In this document: positions 39,511 to 49,776 of the stretch, piece after piece
Numbering within the stretch: position 1 is the first letter of the stretch
Layout: each line of letters opens with the position of its first letter
DNA from: Bacilli bacterium
Lineage (GTDB): Bacteria > Bacillota_I > Bacilli_A > ML615J-28 > CAG-313
Direction of reading: 5' to 3'
Assembly: GCA_035362935.1 (NCBI GenBank)
Contig: DAOSEC010000008.1
Span: 12,823-76,822, forward strand
Length of the DNA: 64,000 nucleotides
The notes under the pieces: model-generated
Told to the model about the DNA's origin: nothing
What the model saw: only the letters and a program-made list of their open reading frames with translations
Database searches by the model: none
Made by a program: the position numbers and the translations under genes

Positions 39511-39546
39511 TTAAATAAAAATGAGGGGTGTTATTTCACCCCTCAC
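39511..39546 (-). terminator. rho-independent terminator after SPFH gene
   Basis: tgaggggtg-ttattt-cacccctca with a U-tract on the minus strand. Confidence 0.6.
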
Positions 39547-39555
39547 AATTCGTTA

Positions 39556-40491
39556 TTATTTTTTTGTCACTTCTGTTGGATCTGCTATCATTTCTTTCGC
39601 GGAAACGATTAATCCAGCAAGAGATTGAATTTCAGATGGGATAATAATTTTTGTTGCTTGTCCTTTAGAAACTTCTGCTAAAGCATCTAGTGCTTTGATT
39701 TGAAGAGCTGCTTTACTTGGTACTGATTTATTAATCATTTGAATACCATCAGCAGTTGCTTGTTGAACTTTTAGAATTGCTTCAGCTTCCCCTTCGGCAA
39801 CCAATACTTGTACAGCTTTCTTCGCTTCTGCCTCTAAAATTTGAGCTGCTTTAAACCCTTCAGCTTTTAAAATTTGAGATTGTTTTTCCCCTTCAGCAAT
39901 TAAGATCGCTTGACGTTTTTCACGTTCTGCACGCATTTGTTTTTCCATTGCGTCGCGAATATCTTTTGGCGGAATAATGTTTTTAACTTCAACACGAATA
40001 ACTCTTAATCCCCATGGATCTGTTGCTTCATCTAGAATGATTCGCATTTTTCCATTGATAAGTTCGCGGCTTGTTAATGCTTGGTCCAAATCAATTTCCC
40101 CTATAATGTTACGTAATGTGGTTGCAGTTAAGTTTTCCAAAGCTCTGTTTGGATTTTCAACACCATATAAATATAATTTTGGATCACTGATTTGATAATA
40201 AACAACGGTGTCAATTTGCATTGTTACGTTATCTTTTGTGATAACTGGTTGTGGGTCAAAGTCATGTACTTGTTCCTTTAAAGATACTCGTTTGACTTCT
40301 CTGTCAATAAATGGAATTAACCAATGAATTCCTGTACCCCATGTTTGGTGGTATCTACCCAATCGTTCAATAATGTACGCTTGAGCTTGTCTAACAATAC
40401 GAATACTTGATAGAGCGATGATTACTGCTAATATTAATAGAATAATAAATATTACAGCAATAATTTCTCCTGCAGCTAAAAATAAATTCAT
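39556..40491 (-). CDS. SPFH/band-7 (stomatin/QmcA-like) protein
   Basis: 311 aa. N-terminal TM, SPFH core, and an A/E/K-rich coiled-coil tail. Confidence 0.85.
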   Translation of the reverse strand: MNLFLAAGEIIAVIFIILLILAVIIALSSIRIVRQAQAYIIERLGRYHQTWGTGIHWLIPFIDREVKRVSLKEQVHDFDPQPVITKDNVTMQIDTVVYYQISDPKLYLYGVENPNRALENLTATTLRNIIGEIDLDQALTSRELINGKMRIILDEATDPWGLRVIRVEVKNIIPPKDIRDAMEKQMRAEREKRQAILIAEGEKQSQILKAEGFKAAQILEAEAKKAVQVLVAEGEAEAILKVQQATADGIQMINKSVPSKAALQIKALDALAEVSKGQATKIIIPSEIQSLAGLIVSAKEMIADPTEVTKK

Positions 40492-40513
40492 AAATTTCTC
40501 TCCTCCTATTTAT

Positions 40514-40987
40514 TTATTCTTTTTTTAACCAAATTTTTTCGTCTTGATCCACTTTTGAAACCAATAACTTGATTCCAACAATGTCTTGAACCACGACTTT
40601 TGTTCCAACAGGAATGATTTCTTCTGATGAAGAAAATGCAATCCATTTTGAATTGTCAACCAAAACTTCACCTCTTCCACCTACAGGAACATCAACGGTA
40701 ATAGTACCTATCATTCCTACGAAGCGGTCGGCATTAGTTTTAATAACTGTTTTATCCATAAAGCGTTTGGTCATTGGGCGAGTTAATACAATTAATACCA
40801 ATGATACCGCAATAAAGATTCCTATCTGCATAACTACATTCTGATCTAGTGCTGCTGCAATCAAAGCTCCGATTGCACCGACAGAAAACCATATAGTTAC
40901 CATATCTGCTGTTTCAAATTCAATTACAATTGTTGCAATTAATACAAGTGACCATATTACGATCATTAATATTTGCATTGTTGACAT
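40514..40987 (-). CDS. NfeD-family membrane protein (partner of SPFH)
   Basis: 157 aa. 3 TM plus a C-terminal OB-fold beta domain. Canonical nfeD-SPFH operon order. Confidence 0.7.
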   Translation of the reverse strand: MSTMQILMIVIWSLVLIATIVIEFETADMVTIWFSVGAIGALIAAALDQNVVMQIGIFIAVSLVLIVLTRPMTKRFMDKTVIKTNADRFVGMIGTITVDVPVGGRGEVLVDNSKWIAFSSSEEIIPVGTKVVVQDIVGIKLLVSKVDQDEKIWLKKE

Positions 40988-41367
40988 TATGCATCGTCTC
41001 CCTTCAAATCGACTATAAGCATCTTTTCAGCTGGATGCCATGTTGCTTTAAACTTATAGTTTGGTTCCTTTGTAAAATCAAACTTCGTAAATTGCGAAAT
41101 TTCATTTACAACCTTCTTCCCATTTATTCTACCATAACTTGGTTTAATTGCAACATCATGTATACTATTTTTATCAATATCACCACGAAGTGCTTCTTCT
41201 TTGTTAATGTTCTTGATGATAAGTCGTTTGTTTGACCTATCTAATCCCACTAAAACAGCATAAGCATCTACGAAATATGTCGAAGCGACTTTGTTCAATG
41301 TGATGTTTGTGTCATAGAAGGTAACCATACCACCTTCATCTTTTCGATAAATCCAATCTATTTTCAT
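40987..41367 (-). CDS. hypothetical protein translationally coupled to nfeD
   Basis: 126 aa. Its stop codon TGA overlaps the nfeD start codon (ATGA). No family recognised. Confidence 0.5.
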   Translation of the reverse strand: MKIDWIYRKDEGGMVTFYDTNITLNKVASTYFVDAYAVLVGLDRSNKRLIIKNINKEEALRGDIDKNSIHDVAIKPSYGRINGKKVVNEISQFTKFDFTKEPNYKFKATWHPAEKMLIVDLKGDDA

Positions 41368-41581
41368 TTTCCATTACCCCTTTCGATTCTATTATATCAC
41401 TAATTTTTGAATATGCAAGAGTTTTGTAAAATATTTTTGAATTATTTTGAATTTTTGTATTGATTAAATTTTTGCTGCTTCTTCTCAATTCTACTTTGTT
41501 TTCTTTCTACAAAATAAAAAATAGTTGAAATAAATACTTGGAGGTGTTATAATACCTTAGAAAACTTTGGAGGTCATCATT

Positions 41582-42388
41582 ATGAAAATAGCAAAAATAA
41601 TAGGTTTAATCATTTTAATCCTAATACCACTAACCATTACAACGTTCGTAGGGTTCTACTCGTATGATCGTTATCGCAATACTTGGTTACCAAATTATAT
41701 CGACCAAGCAACGACTACTGAAGATAAAATAGAACGTGTTGTTCGCTTTGATTCCATTGCGTATACACTTGATCCTGTGTTTGAATACACCGATCCAAAT
41801 CATATGTTTAAACTTGTAGTCTATGGCCGTTTGTTACAAAGCCAAGCAGTCACTCGTTATGTTGATTACGTAATATATATGTATGCAATTGATTATGCTC
41901 AACTCCCAGAAACCCCAAAACCTAAGATTAAATTAGAATATGGAGATGATGAGGTATCTATATTAACATTTGGGTATGAGGCGCGTTTCGAAGACAAAGA
42001 AGCAATCCCCGCAGTTAATGCTCCTGCGAATGCACAATATATGTCATATAAGATTACTTTCGCAGCTAGTGTTGATATGGGTGGACAAGTTGATTTCACT
42101 ATCTTTACTGGTGATACGGTAACAGAGAACCTAAACGAATTTGCTCAAGGAACAATAACTGGAATTATTCATCATCCTGTAACCTTTGAAAATAGTGCAC
42201 TTGTCGTTGAAGGATACAGCCAAGATATCATAGTTGGTGGTTATACACAATATGTCATTTCAAAATACATTTGGTGGCAAGCATTGATCAGTATTGTGTT
42301 GAGTGGAGCATTAAGTTATTTATTTTATTTAGTTTGGAATGTCGATACCGTTACTCCAACAACAAAAAAATATACAACGAAACGATAA
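41582..42388 (+). CDS. hypothetical membrane-anchored protein (N- and C-terminal TM helices)
   Basis: The ORF begins at 41567, but MKIAKIIG is the likely start. Followed by the hairpin ggaatcg-(13 nt)-cgattcc plus a T-tract at 42403-42440. Confidence 0.5.
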   Translation: MKIAKIIGLIILILIPLTITTFVGFYSYDRYRNTWLPNYIDQATTTEDKIERVVRFDSIAYTLDPVFEYTDPNHMFKLVVYGRLLQSQAVTRYVDYVIYMYAIDYAQLPETPKPKIKLEYGDDEVSILTFGYEARFEDKEAIPAVNAPANAQYMSYKITFAASVDMGGQVDFTIFTGDTVTENLNEFAQGTITGIIHHPVTFENSALVVEGYSQDIIVGGYTQYVISKYIWWQALISIVLSGALSYLFYLVWNVDTVTPTTKKYTTKR

Positions 42389-42444
42389 AGTAAGAGGGAA
42401 TCGCATACAATGTATCCGATTCCTTTGTTTTTGAAAGGATATAT

Positions 42445-43278
42445 ATGAATATACAAGATATAGAACGTTCTATTATTAAAAAATACCGTCGCGAACTGTG
42501 GAGTCCATTTGTAAAAGCGATCAAAGAATACGAATTAATCAACGAAGGCGATCACATAGCAGTTTGTGTGTCTGGTGGGAAGGATAGTTTGCTTTTAGCA
42601 AAACTTGTACAAGAACTCCATAGACACTCGGATGTCAAATTTGATGTTTCTTTTATTTCGATGAATCCAGGTTTTAGTGATTATAATCTAACCGAATTAA
42701 CGAAAAACTGTGAGTTGATGGGAATTCCTATTCAAGTGTTTAACTCGAACGTGTTTGAAGTTGCTGAAAAATTAGGCAAAGATTATCCCTGTTATCTATG
42801 TGCTAGAATGAGAAGAGGATTTTTATACAACGCAGCACAGCAATTAGGATGTAACAAAATTGCTCTTGGACACCATATGGATGATGTAATTGAAACAACG
42901 CTTCTAAATGTGTTTTATGCATCAAACTATAAAACAATGCTACCAAAACTCAAATCAACCAATTTCAAAGGAATGGAACTCATACGCCCAATGGTATATA
43001 TCAAAGAAGAGCATATATTCCGTTTTATTGAGAATGCTGAAATTGTTCCAATGAACTGTGGGTGTACCATTGCTTGTAAAGTTACACCTTCCAAACGTAG
43101 AGAAATTAAAAACTTAATTACAAACCTTAGGAGTGTGTTTCCTGATGTTGATAAATCAATTTTCAATTCTGCGAAAAACGTTAACTTAAATTGTGTACTT
43201 GGTTGGAAACACAAAGACACAAAATATAATTATTTAGATTTTTACAAAGAGATCGAATTAGATGAAGAAAACGAGTAA
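42445..43278 (+). CDS. ttcA: PP-loop ATPase, TtcA-like tRNA 2-thiocytidine synthetase family
   Basis: 277 aa. SGGKDS PP-loop plus CxxC pairs (CYLC and CGC). Confidence 0.75.
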   Translation: MNIQDIERSIIKKYRRELWSPFVKAIKEYELINEGDHIAVCVSGGKDSLLLAKLVQELHRHSDVKFDVSFISMNPGFSDYNLTELTKNCELMGIPIQVFNSNVFEVAEKLGKDYPCYLCARMRRGFLYNAAQQLGCNKIALGHHMDDVIETTLLNVFYASNYKTMLPKLKSTNFKGMELIRPMVYIKEEHIFRFIENAEIVPMNCGCTIACKVTPSKRREIKNLITNLRSVFPDVDKSIFNSAKNVNLNCVLGWKHKDTKYNYLDFYKEIELDEENE

Positions 43279-43301
43279 CATTTTTGTTACCCGTTTTTTT
43301 G

Positions 43302-44684
43302 TTAAAATTCACAATTTTTTGGAGTTCTTGCATAAGGGATGACATCGCGAATGTTTTCAACTCCGGTGACATACATAATGAGGCGTTCAAATCCTAAACC
43401 AAACCCTGCATGTTTACATCCACCATATCTTCTTAGATCTAAATACCAATACATATCTTCTGGTGAGATGTGGAATTCTTTCATACGGTCAATCAACACA
43501 TCAAGACGTTCTTCTCTTTGGGATCCACCGACCAACTCTCCTGCTCCAGGAACAAGTAAGTCCATCGCTGCTACTGTTTTTTGGTCGTCGTTTAATCTCA
43601 TATAAAATGCCTTGATTTCTTTTGGCCAATTGATCACAAACACAGGGGATTTAAAATGAACGTCCGTTAAATACTTTTCGTGCTCTGTTGCTAAGTCCTC
43701 ACCCATTTTCGGTTCATTCTCAAACTTCACTTTTGATTGTTGTAAGATTTTAATCGCATCAGCATATTCACATTTTGTAACCTTTGATTGAATCAAGTCT
43801 TCTAATTGTTTGAGTTTTCCAGGACTTACAAACTTATCAAAAAACTCCATCTCTTCTTTGGCGTTATTTAATATATATGTAACGACATATTTGACCATGT
43901 CTTCGGCAAGTTGCATGTCATCGTTTAAATCCGCAAAACTTATTTCTGGTTCGATCATCCAAAACTCAGACGCATGTCTTGTTGTGTTTGAGTTTTCTGC
44001 ACGAAATGTTGGGCCAAACGTATACACATTTTTAAATGCTAGCGCAAATGTTTCTGCTTCTAGTTGACCAGATACCGTGAGGTTTGTCATTTTTCCAAAG
44101 AAATCTTTTGAATAATCCACTTCACCACTTTTCGCAATTCGCTCTAAATCAAGTGTGGTAACTTGGAACATTTGTCCTGCCCCTTCAGCATCGCTTGCTG
44201 TAATGATTGGTGCGTGAACATATATGAACTCTCTTTTATTAAAAAATTCATGAATCGCAAATGCCAATAAACTACGAACACGGAACACTGCACTAAATAA
44301 ATTTGTTCTTGGTCTTAAATGAGCCTTTTCTCTTAAAAACTCTCGCGAATGTTTTTTTGGTTGAATCGGATAATCTTCCGGACTATCTCCTTCTAAAACG
44401 ATTTTTGTTGCGTGAAGTTCTACTGGTTGTTTCATGTGTGGAGTTGCTTTGACAACTCCTTGCACTGTGATGCTTGCACCTACTCTAAACTTTCTAATTT
44501 CTTCAAAGTTTTCTACCTTTGTATCGTAGACAATCTGAAGATTTTCAAAGAATGATCCATCGTTTAAATTGATGAAACCGAATTCTTTTTGATCGCGATT
44601 GGTTCGAATCCACCCTTGTACTGTGACATGTTGCCCATCAAGACCACTTGGTGTTCTGAATAATTGTTTTACATTTACTAACAT
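43302..44684 (-). CDS. asnS: asparagine--tRNA ligase
   Basis: 460 aa. Class II aaRS with an N-terminal OB anticodon-binding domain and a catalytic core (…[12 protein letters not shown]…). Confidence 0.85.
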   Translation of the reverse strand: MLVNVKQLFRTPSGLDGQHVTVQGWIRTNRDQKEFGFINLNDGSFFENLQIVYDTKVENFEEIRKFRVGASITVQGVVKATPHMKQPVELHATKIVLEGDSPEDYPIQPKKHSREFLREKAHLRPRTNLFSAVFRVRSLLAFAIHEFFNKREFIYVHAPIITASDAEGAGQMFQVTTLDLERIAKSGEVDYSKDFFGKMTNLTVSGQLEAETFALAFKNVYTFGPTFRAENSNTTRHASEFWMIEPEISFADLNDDMQLAEDMVKYVVTYILNNAKEEMEFFDKFVSPGKLKQLEDLIQSKVTKCEYADAIKILQQSKVKFENEPKMGEDLATEHEKYLTDVHFKSPVFVINWPKEIKAFYMRLNDDQKTVAAMDLLVPGAGELVGGSQREERLDVLIDRMKEFHISPEDMYWYLDLRRYGGCKHAGFGLGFERLIMYVTGVENIRDVIPYARTPKNCEF

Positions 44685-44697
44685 ATGCTTCTCCTCC

Positions 44698-44946
44698 TAA
44701 AGAAAAAGTCCTTAGAGTTCACTCTAAGGACGAAAATTCGCGGTACCACCTTAGTTCACAAATGTCTTTGTGCACTTTCATCTTTGTTAACGCTAAAGTA
44801 GCGGTTAGTTCTACTAATTCATTTGGAAATGAAGGTTCTTCTAACGACTCCAGACTGTTCTTCAATAAACCATATATCCCAAGTTCTCACTATCCTTAGG
44901 TCACTTTACCATAGCGGATTTATTTACTCATGTCCTTCAAAGTCTT
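44698..44946 (-). ncRNA. T-box riboswitch leader of asnS
   Basis: On the minus strand the T-box motif is AACUAAGGUGGUACCGCGAA (revcomp of 44737-44756). Immediately after it comes the terminator GUCCUUAGAG-UGAAC-CUCUAAGGAC plus UUUUUCUUU. AAC triplets are present in the putative specifier region. Confidence 0.75.
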
Positions 44947-44953
44947 TGGTAAG

Positions 44954-44981
44954 ATTATACCATAACAATTTATTTTGTCAA
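44954..44981 (-). promoter_or_regulatory. promoter of the asnS T-box leader (TTGACA-16 nt-TGgTATAAT)
   Basis: Revcomp 44976-44981 is TTGACA and revcomp 44954-44962 is TGGTATAAT. Confidence 0.5.
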
Positions 44982-44988
44982 AGTAATT

Positions 44989-47900
44989 TTAAAATGGTTT
45001 GCGTTTGAATAATTTAAACAACCCAAATCCAATTCCACCAAGCAATATTGGAGAACCCACACTTGCAGCGATAATGATTCCTGTGTTGTTTGGTTCCTTC
45101 AGTGTTGTTACTTCTAAAAGTGTTGCATCTGATGCCTCAAACATGGAGCTTTGTGCGATTCGAACATATATCCTGTATACGGTATTTGGTTCTAGTTTTG
45201 TATAGTAAGTTACTCTTGACCAATTAACTTGATCAAAACTATACTCATAACCCGGAACACCAATAATGCGAATCGTTGTTTGCGTCACTTCAACATTTGG
45301 AGCAGCTGGAGCGTCTTGGAAATTTCGCTCTACTCTAACTTGTTGAACTAGAGGATTTGATGGAGCAAACTCTACTGTTTCTTTGGTTCGAACATAAACA
45401 GTATATCGAACCATCGTTTCTAATCCAACAAACACATTTGATGATTGATACGTTACTCCGTTTAAACTATATTCATACGAAACGTTTGCTTCAACCGTGA
45501 TGGTATTACCATACACGATAATAGATGCGCTTGTCGGCGTTACATTCTTTGTCTTTAATGTAACAATCGTTACAACGAGTGGAGTAGATGGATTTGCTTG
45601 TTCGGTTTCCATTGTGCGGATATAGAATGTATATGATGTGTTTGGAGACAGCGACAAGAAGCTAGATCCTTCTTGATAATTGATTCCATCCATACTATAT
45701 TCATATTCGGCAAACTTCACGAAAACTACTCGATCCTCATCTACTTGATAATTGATGTTTATAGGGCTGCTAGAGGTCATCTTTTGCGTTGTAATCGATT
45801 TTTGGTATACCGGCGATGAATAAGTTACCCCCGTTTCTTTCAAGCGAACAGAAACGATATATTCTGTCATCGGTAATAACTGATCAAAATAAATAGTATC
45901 ACTAAAATTAATCCCATCGATCGAATATTCTCCATTTTCGATTGGAGTAATTGTGATTGTATTATCGATTACTAAAACATCAAGTGAGGTTGGCGCAACC
46001 TGACTCATTTTTTTCGTTTTTGCGAACACAACAAAATCATCGGATGCAAGACTTAATCCTGTTTCTTTGTATCTTACATAAACTGTATATTCTGTAAAGA
46101 TTTCTAACCCAGTAAATACATTACTTGATTGATAATCAACTCCATCTAAACTATATTCAAATGCCGCATTCGCTTCAAGAATAATGCTATTGTGTGTTGT
46201 ATCAAATGTTACGTTTTCTGGCGCGTCCGTAGGCCATTTTTGTGTTTGAACAACGCGACTAAAATGAGGAGATGCTTGAAGGTTACTTGTTTCTCTAAAG
46301 CGTATATAAACAGTATAGTTTGCTAAAACATCCAGGTTGTTATAAAACGTTGTTTGATTAAAGGTAACACCATTCAAACTATACTCTGCATTTGGCTGTG
46401 GAGTAATGGTGATTTGATTTCCATATACCAATACATCTACATGTGTTGGAGCAGCCTGTGGATTTTTTAGTGTTGTGAAATTTCTTACAAAATAATCGCT
46501 TGCTAAAACCCCTTCGGTTGCTTTCTTTCGAACATAAAATGCATAGGTTGTTCCTGGCTGTAAATTATAGAATGTTGGACTATCTTGATAGTTCACACCA
46601 TTCATTGAATACTCTGCATTTTCTTGTGTTTCTAGTGTTATTTGTGTATTGGTAATCGATGCTGCATTCAAGTATGTTGGCATCGGCCATATGATGTTTT
46701 CTGGCTGAGACGCAGTTGATAAGTTGTTTGCTTGTGACACTGATTTTATATAGTATTTGTAATTCGCAACTTGTGCGCCACTGTCCACAAACTGTGTTGT
46801 ATTTGTAACATATTGTAACAAATGAGTTTGATTTGAAAAGTTAATGGTTTCTGCCATAGGTACACGATAAATCATATACCCTCTTGCATCATTAACGGCA
46901 TTCCAGGTTAGTTTTACTCCCCCGTTTTCGTTAACTGCGTGGAAGTTTGTAACCGCATCGGTTACCAAATCTGGATAACGTTGTAGTGGCGCAGCAGGAA
47001 CTTTCTTTGCCCAATAAGTTTGTAGTGTTGAAACTCCATTTTGAACGACTTGATTCGTTGTATTTCTAAATGTTCCAAAGGTATAGAAACTACTACCTTT
47101 GACGGTATTATATTTACTTAAAAATAATAGTTCATTTTGAACTTCATCCCATTTGTTTTCCCAGTCAGACGCCGCAGTAGGCAGTGCTCTATAGATTCCA
47201 TGAGCTGCGATTAAGTTAACGTTAATCCCGGGACGATTCACAACCTTTACCCACCAATCAACTACATCAGCATAACCCGCCACAGTATGTTCAAATCCCC
47301 AATATGTTTGAGGCATAATATAATCAATCCAATTGCTTTCAACCCAACGTTTTGAGTCGGCATATAGATAGGATTGGTAGTGTTCTTGCCCTGCTGTATT
47401 AGATCCTGATTCTACAGTACCATTTCCATTTCGGTAAATCCCTGTTGGACTAATACCAAACTGAACTGCTTTGTTGTTAGAGGCATTGTAATTTGCGATA
47501 ACTTGGCTAATTCCTTGAACCAATAAACTTGTTTGTTCTCTTCGCCAATTCGCAATTCCTGCACTCGTATTTGGAAACGATCCTTGATACGCTAAAAACG
47601 TACTATAATCCGCATCGTCCATTCGGTTGTCACTTGATCCGCCACTTGCGGCGTCAAATTTATAATAGAAATAATCATCCATATGAACTGCATCTAAATT
47701 ATAATTGGTTACTAATTCTTCAACAACATTATAAATAAATTGTCTTACTTGTGGAAGTCCTGGATTTAAAGCAAATCCACTTGTTGTTGCGGATGCATAA
47801 TATTTGTAAAACATATTAGGATCGCTTGCTATATTGTAGCTTGGCATCGTAGCAGCAAACTGTTCTCTAGTTTGACCGTGCGCTGTTGTGGTTGCTCCAG

Positions 47901-48405
47901 TTAAACGATAAGGATTAATCCAAGCATGTAATTCAATTCCACGTTTATGTGCTTCTTCAATAATCCACTCAAGTGGGTCCCATCCAGGATTTGATCTTGT
48001 TTGAATTAAGTGACTTGACCATTGTGAGTATTCCGAAGGATACGTCGCATCGTTCATTGGTCTTACTTGGTAAATCATTGTATTCATTCCTAGTTGTTCC
48101 ATCTTATCAAAAATAAACAACATACGATTTTTGTATGCGTTGATTTCTGTGATGCTTGCATCTTTTTGAGCTGCGATATCACCGGTTACGGTCGGTACCC
48201 AAACAGCTCTCATTTCTTGTGTGCGATAATTGTAGTCTGAAGCTTTTGTAACAACCGTTGATGTATTACGATATGTAACAGGAGTTGTGGTTCCTGTGCG
48301 ATAAATTGTTTGTTCTGTCGAAGCATTAATATGTGTTGTCCCCAGCATTAATCCTCCTACTAAAATTCCTATTACAAGTAATAGTGTTTTAATAGTTATT
48401 CTCAT
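44989..48405 (-). CDS. C-terminally anchored surface protein: N-terminal GHL10/DUF187-like TIM-barrel hydrolase domain + seven tandem FN3-like repeats
   Basis: 1138 aa. Signal peptide. N-terminal ~450 aa resemble the glycoside-hydrolase-like family 10 (YngK/YddW-type). Seven ~85-aa repeats of the form (E/Y)YSxxG(V/I)x(Y/F)…Y(T/A)(V/F)Y(V/I)R. C-terminal TM plus KRKPF. Confidence 0.7.
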   Translation of the reverse strand: MRITIKTLLLVIGILVGGLMLGTTHINASTEQTIYRTGTTTPVTYRNTSTVVTKASDYNYRTQEMRAVWVPTVTGDIAAQKDASITEINAYKNRMLFIFDKMEQLGMNTMIYQVRPMNDATYPSEYSQWSSHLIQTRSNPGWDPLEWIIEEAHKRGIELHAWINPYRLTGATTTAHGQTREQFAATMPSYNIASDPNMFYKYYASATTSGFALNPGLPQVRQFIYNVVEELVTNYNLDAVHMDDYFYYKFDAASGGSSDNRMDDADYSTFLAYQGSFPNTSAGIANWRREQTSLLVQGISQVIANYNASNNKAVQFGISPTGIYRNGNGTVESGSNTAGQEHYQSYLYADSKRWVESNWIDYIMPQTYWGFEHTVAGYADVVDWWVKVVNRPGINVNLIAAHGIYRALPTAASDWENKWDEVQNELLFLSKYNTVKGSSFYTFGTFRNTTNQVVQNGVSTLQTYWAKKVPAAPLQRYPDLVTDAVTNFHAVNENGGVKLTWNAVNDARGYMIYRVPMAETINFSNQTHLLQYVTNTTQFVDSGAQVANYKYYIKSVSQANNLSTASQPENIIWPMPTYLNAASITNTQITLETQENAEYSMNGVNYQDSPTFYNLQPGTTYAFYVRKKATEGVLASDYFVRNFTTLKNPQAAPTHVDVLVYGNQITITPQPNAEYSLNGVTFNQTTFYNNLDVLANYTVYIRFRETSNLQASPHFSRVVQTQKWPTDAPENVTFDTTHNSIILEANAAFEYSLDGVDYQSSNVFTGLEIFTEYTVYVRYKETGLSLASDDFVVFAKTKKMSQVAPTSLDVLVIDNTITITPIENGEYSIDGINFSDTIYFDQLLPMTEYIVSVRLKETGVTYSSPVYQKSITTQKMTSSSPININYQVDEDRVVFVKFAEYEYSMDGINYQEGSSFLSLSPNTSYTFYIRTMETEQANPSTPLVVTIVTLKTKNVTPTSASIIVYGNTITVEANVSYEYSLNGVTYQSSNVFVGLETMVRYTVYVRTKETVEFAPSNPLVQQVRVERNFQDAPAAPNVEVTQTTIRIIGVPGYEYSFDQVNWSRVTYYTKLEPNTVYRIYVRIAQSSMFEASDATLLEVTTLKEPNNTGIIIAASVGSPILLGGIGFGLFKLFKRKPF

Positions 48406-48417
48406 TTTGTGCTATAC

Positions 48418-49776
48418 CTACTTTCCTAAGCAAAATTTTGTAAATAGTTCGTCAAGCAACGAATCGCTTTTTGTATCGCCAATGATTTCTCCTAAGGATA
48501 ACCAAGCGGCATACAAATCGATGTTGATAATATCAACAGGCATTTCTTGATCAATCGATGCGAGTGCATCTTGAAGCGATTTTCTCGCTTCTTTTAATTT
48601 TGTGATATGACGAACATTACTGATGTAAGTTGCGTCAGATGCATTAAACTCATTGATTTTTGTGTATTGCTTTATTTTGTTTTCTAATTGATAAATATCT
48701 TCAATTTTATTTGCTGATATCAAAATATATTCAGGCAAATTCGATAAATCAATTTTTGATTTTAAATCCACTTTGTTCACAATGACAATTCGTTTTTTGT
48801 GTTTGGATAATTCTAACAATTCATAATCCATATCTGTTAACGGACTAGAATTATCAAGAACCAAGAAAATAATTTCTGCTTCTTCAATTGCTTTTTTACT
48901 GCGTGAAACACCAATCGATTCAACGACATCTTCTGTCTTGCGAATCCCAGCAGTATCAATTAAGTTGAGTACAACTCCACCTATGTTGATACTTCCTTCA
49001 ATTGTATCTCTTGTAGTTCCTTCTATGTCAGTAACAATGGCTCGGTTCTCTCTTAACATAGCATTTAATAAACTACTCTTCCCAACATTTGGTCTTCCGA
49101 TAATTGCTGTTTTGATTCCTTCTCTAATAATTCTTGATGTATTTGCTTTCTCAAGAATGACATTCATTTTATTGATTTGTGTTACAACAATTGGACGAAT
49201 TAATTCGTTTGTCATAACAACTGCGTCATCATATTCTGGATAATCAATGTTTACTTCAATGCTTGCTATTGATGTTAATATATCTTGTCGAAACGACTCA
49301 ATTAATTGCTTGACATCACCTAGCAAACCTTGATTTGCGAGTGACAAAGCATTCTCGTTTTGAGCCTCAATCACATCCATGACAGCCTCTGCTTGAGTCA
49401 AATCAATTCTTCCATTTAAATATGCACGCTTTGTAAATTCACCAGGTTCTGCCATGCGTGCTCCATGTATCAATGAAAGTTCCAAAATCTTATTTGTTAC
49501 ATAGATTCCACCGTGACAATTGATTTCAACAATATCTTCTTTTGTGAATGTTTTTGGAGACCGAAAGATTGAAACCAAGACCTCATCGACAATTTGCCCA
49601 TTTTCTGAATTTACGATATGGCCATAACTTATTGTGTGACTTTTTGCTTTTGCCAAATCTTTTCCTTTAAACATTTTTTTCACAATGGAAATTGCATCGT
49701 TTCCACTTAATCTAACAATGGAAATTGCGCCTTTTCCAAGTGCGGTTGAGATCGAAACTATTGTATCATCGAACAT
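48418..49776 (-). CDS. mnmE: tRNA modification GTPase MnmE
   Basis: 452 aa. G1-G4 GTPase motifs (GRPNVGKSS, DTAG, NKVD) and a C-terminal CxGK. Confidence 0.9.
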   Translation of the reverse strand: MFDDTIVSISTALGKGAISIVRLSGNDAISIVKKMFKGKDLAKAKSHTISYGHIVNSENGQIVDEVLVSIFRSPKTFTKEDIVEINCHGGIYVTNKILELSLIHGARMAEPGEFTKRAYLNGRIDLTQAEAVMDVIEAQNENALSLANQGLLGDVKQLIESFRQDILTSIASIEVNIDYPEYDDAVVMTNELIRPIVVTQINKMNVILEKANTSRIIREGIKTAIIGRPNVGKSSLLNAMLRENRAIVTDIEGTTRDTIEGSINIGGVVLNLIDTAGIRKTEDVVESIGVSRSKKAIEEAEIIFLVLDNSSPLTDMDYELLELSKHKKRIVIVNKVDLKSKIDLSNLPEYILISANKIEDIYQLENKIKQYTKINEFNASDATYISNVRHITKLKEARKSLQDALASIDQEMPVDIINIDLYAAWLSLGEIIGDTKSDSLLDELFTKFCLGK

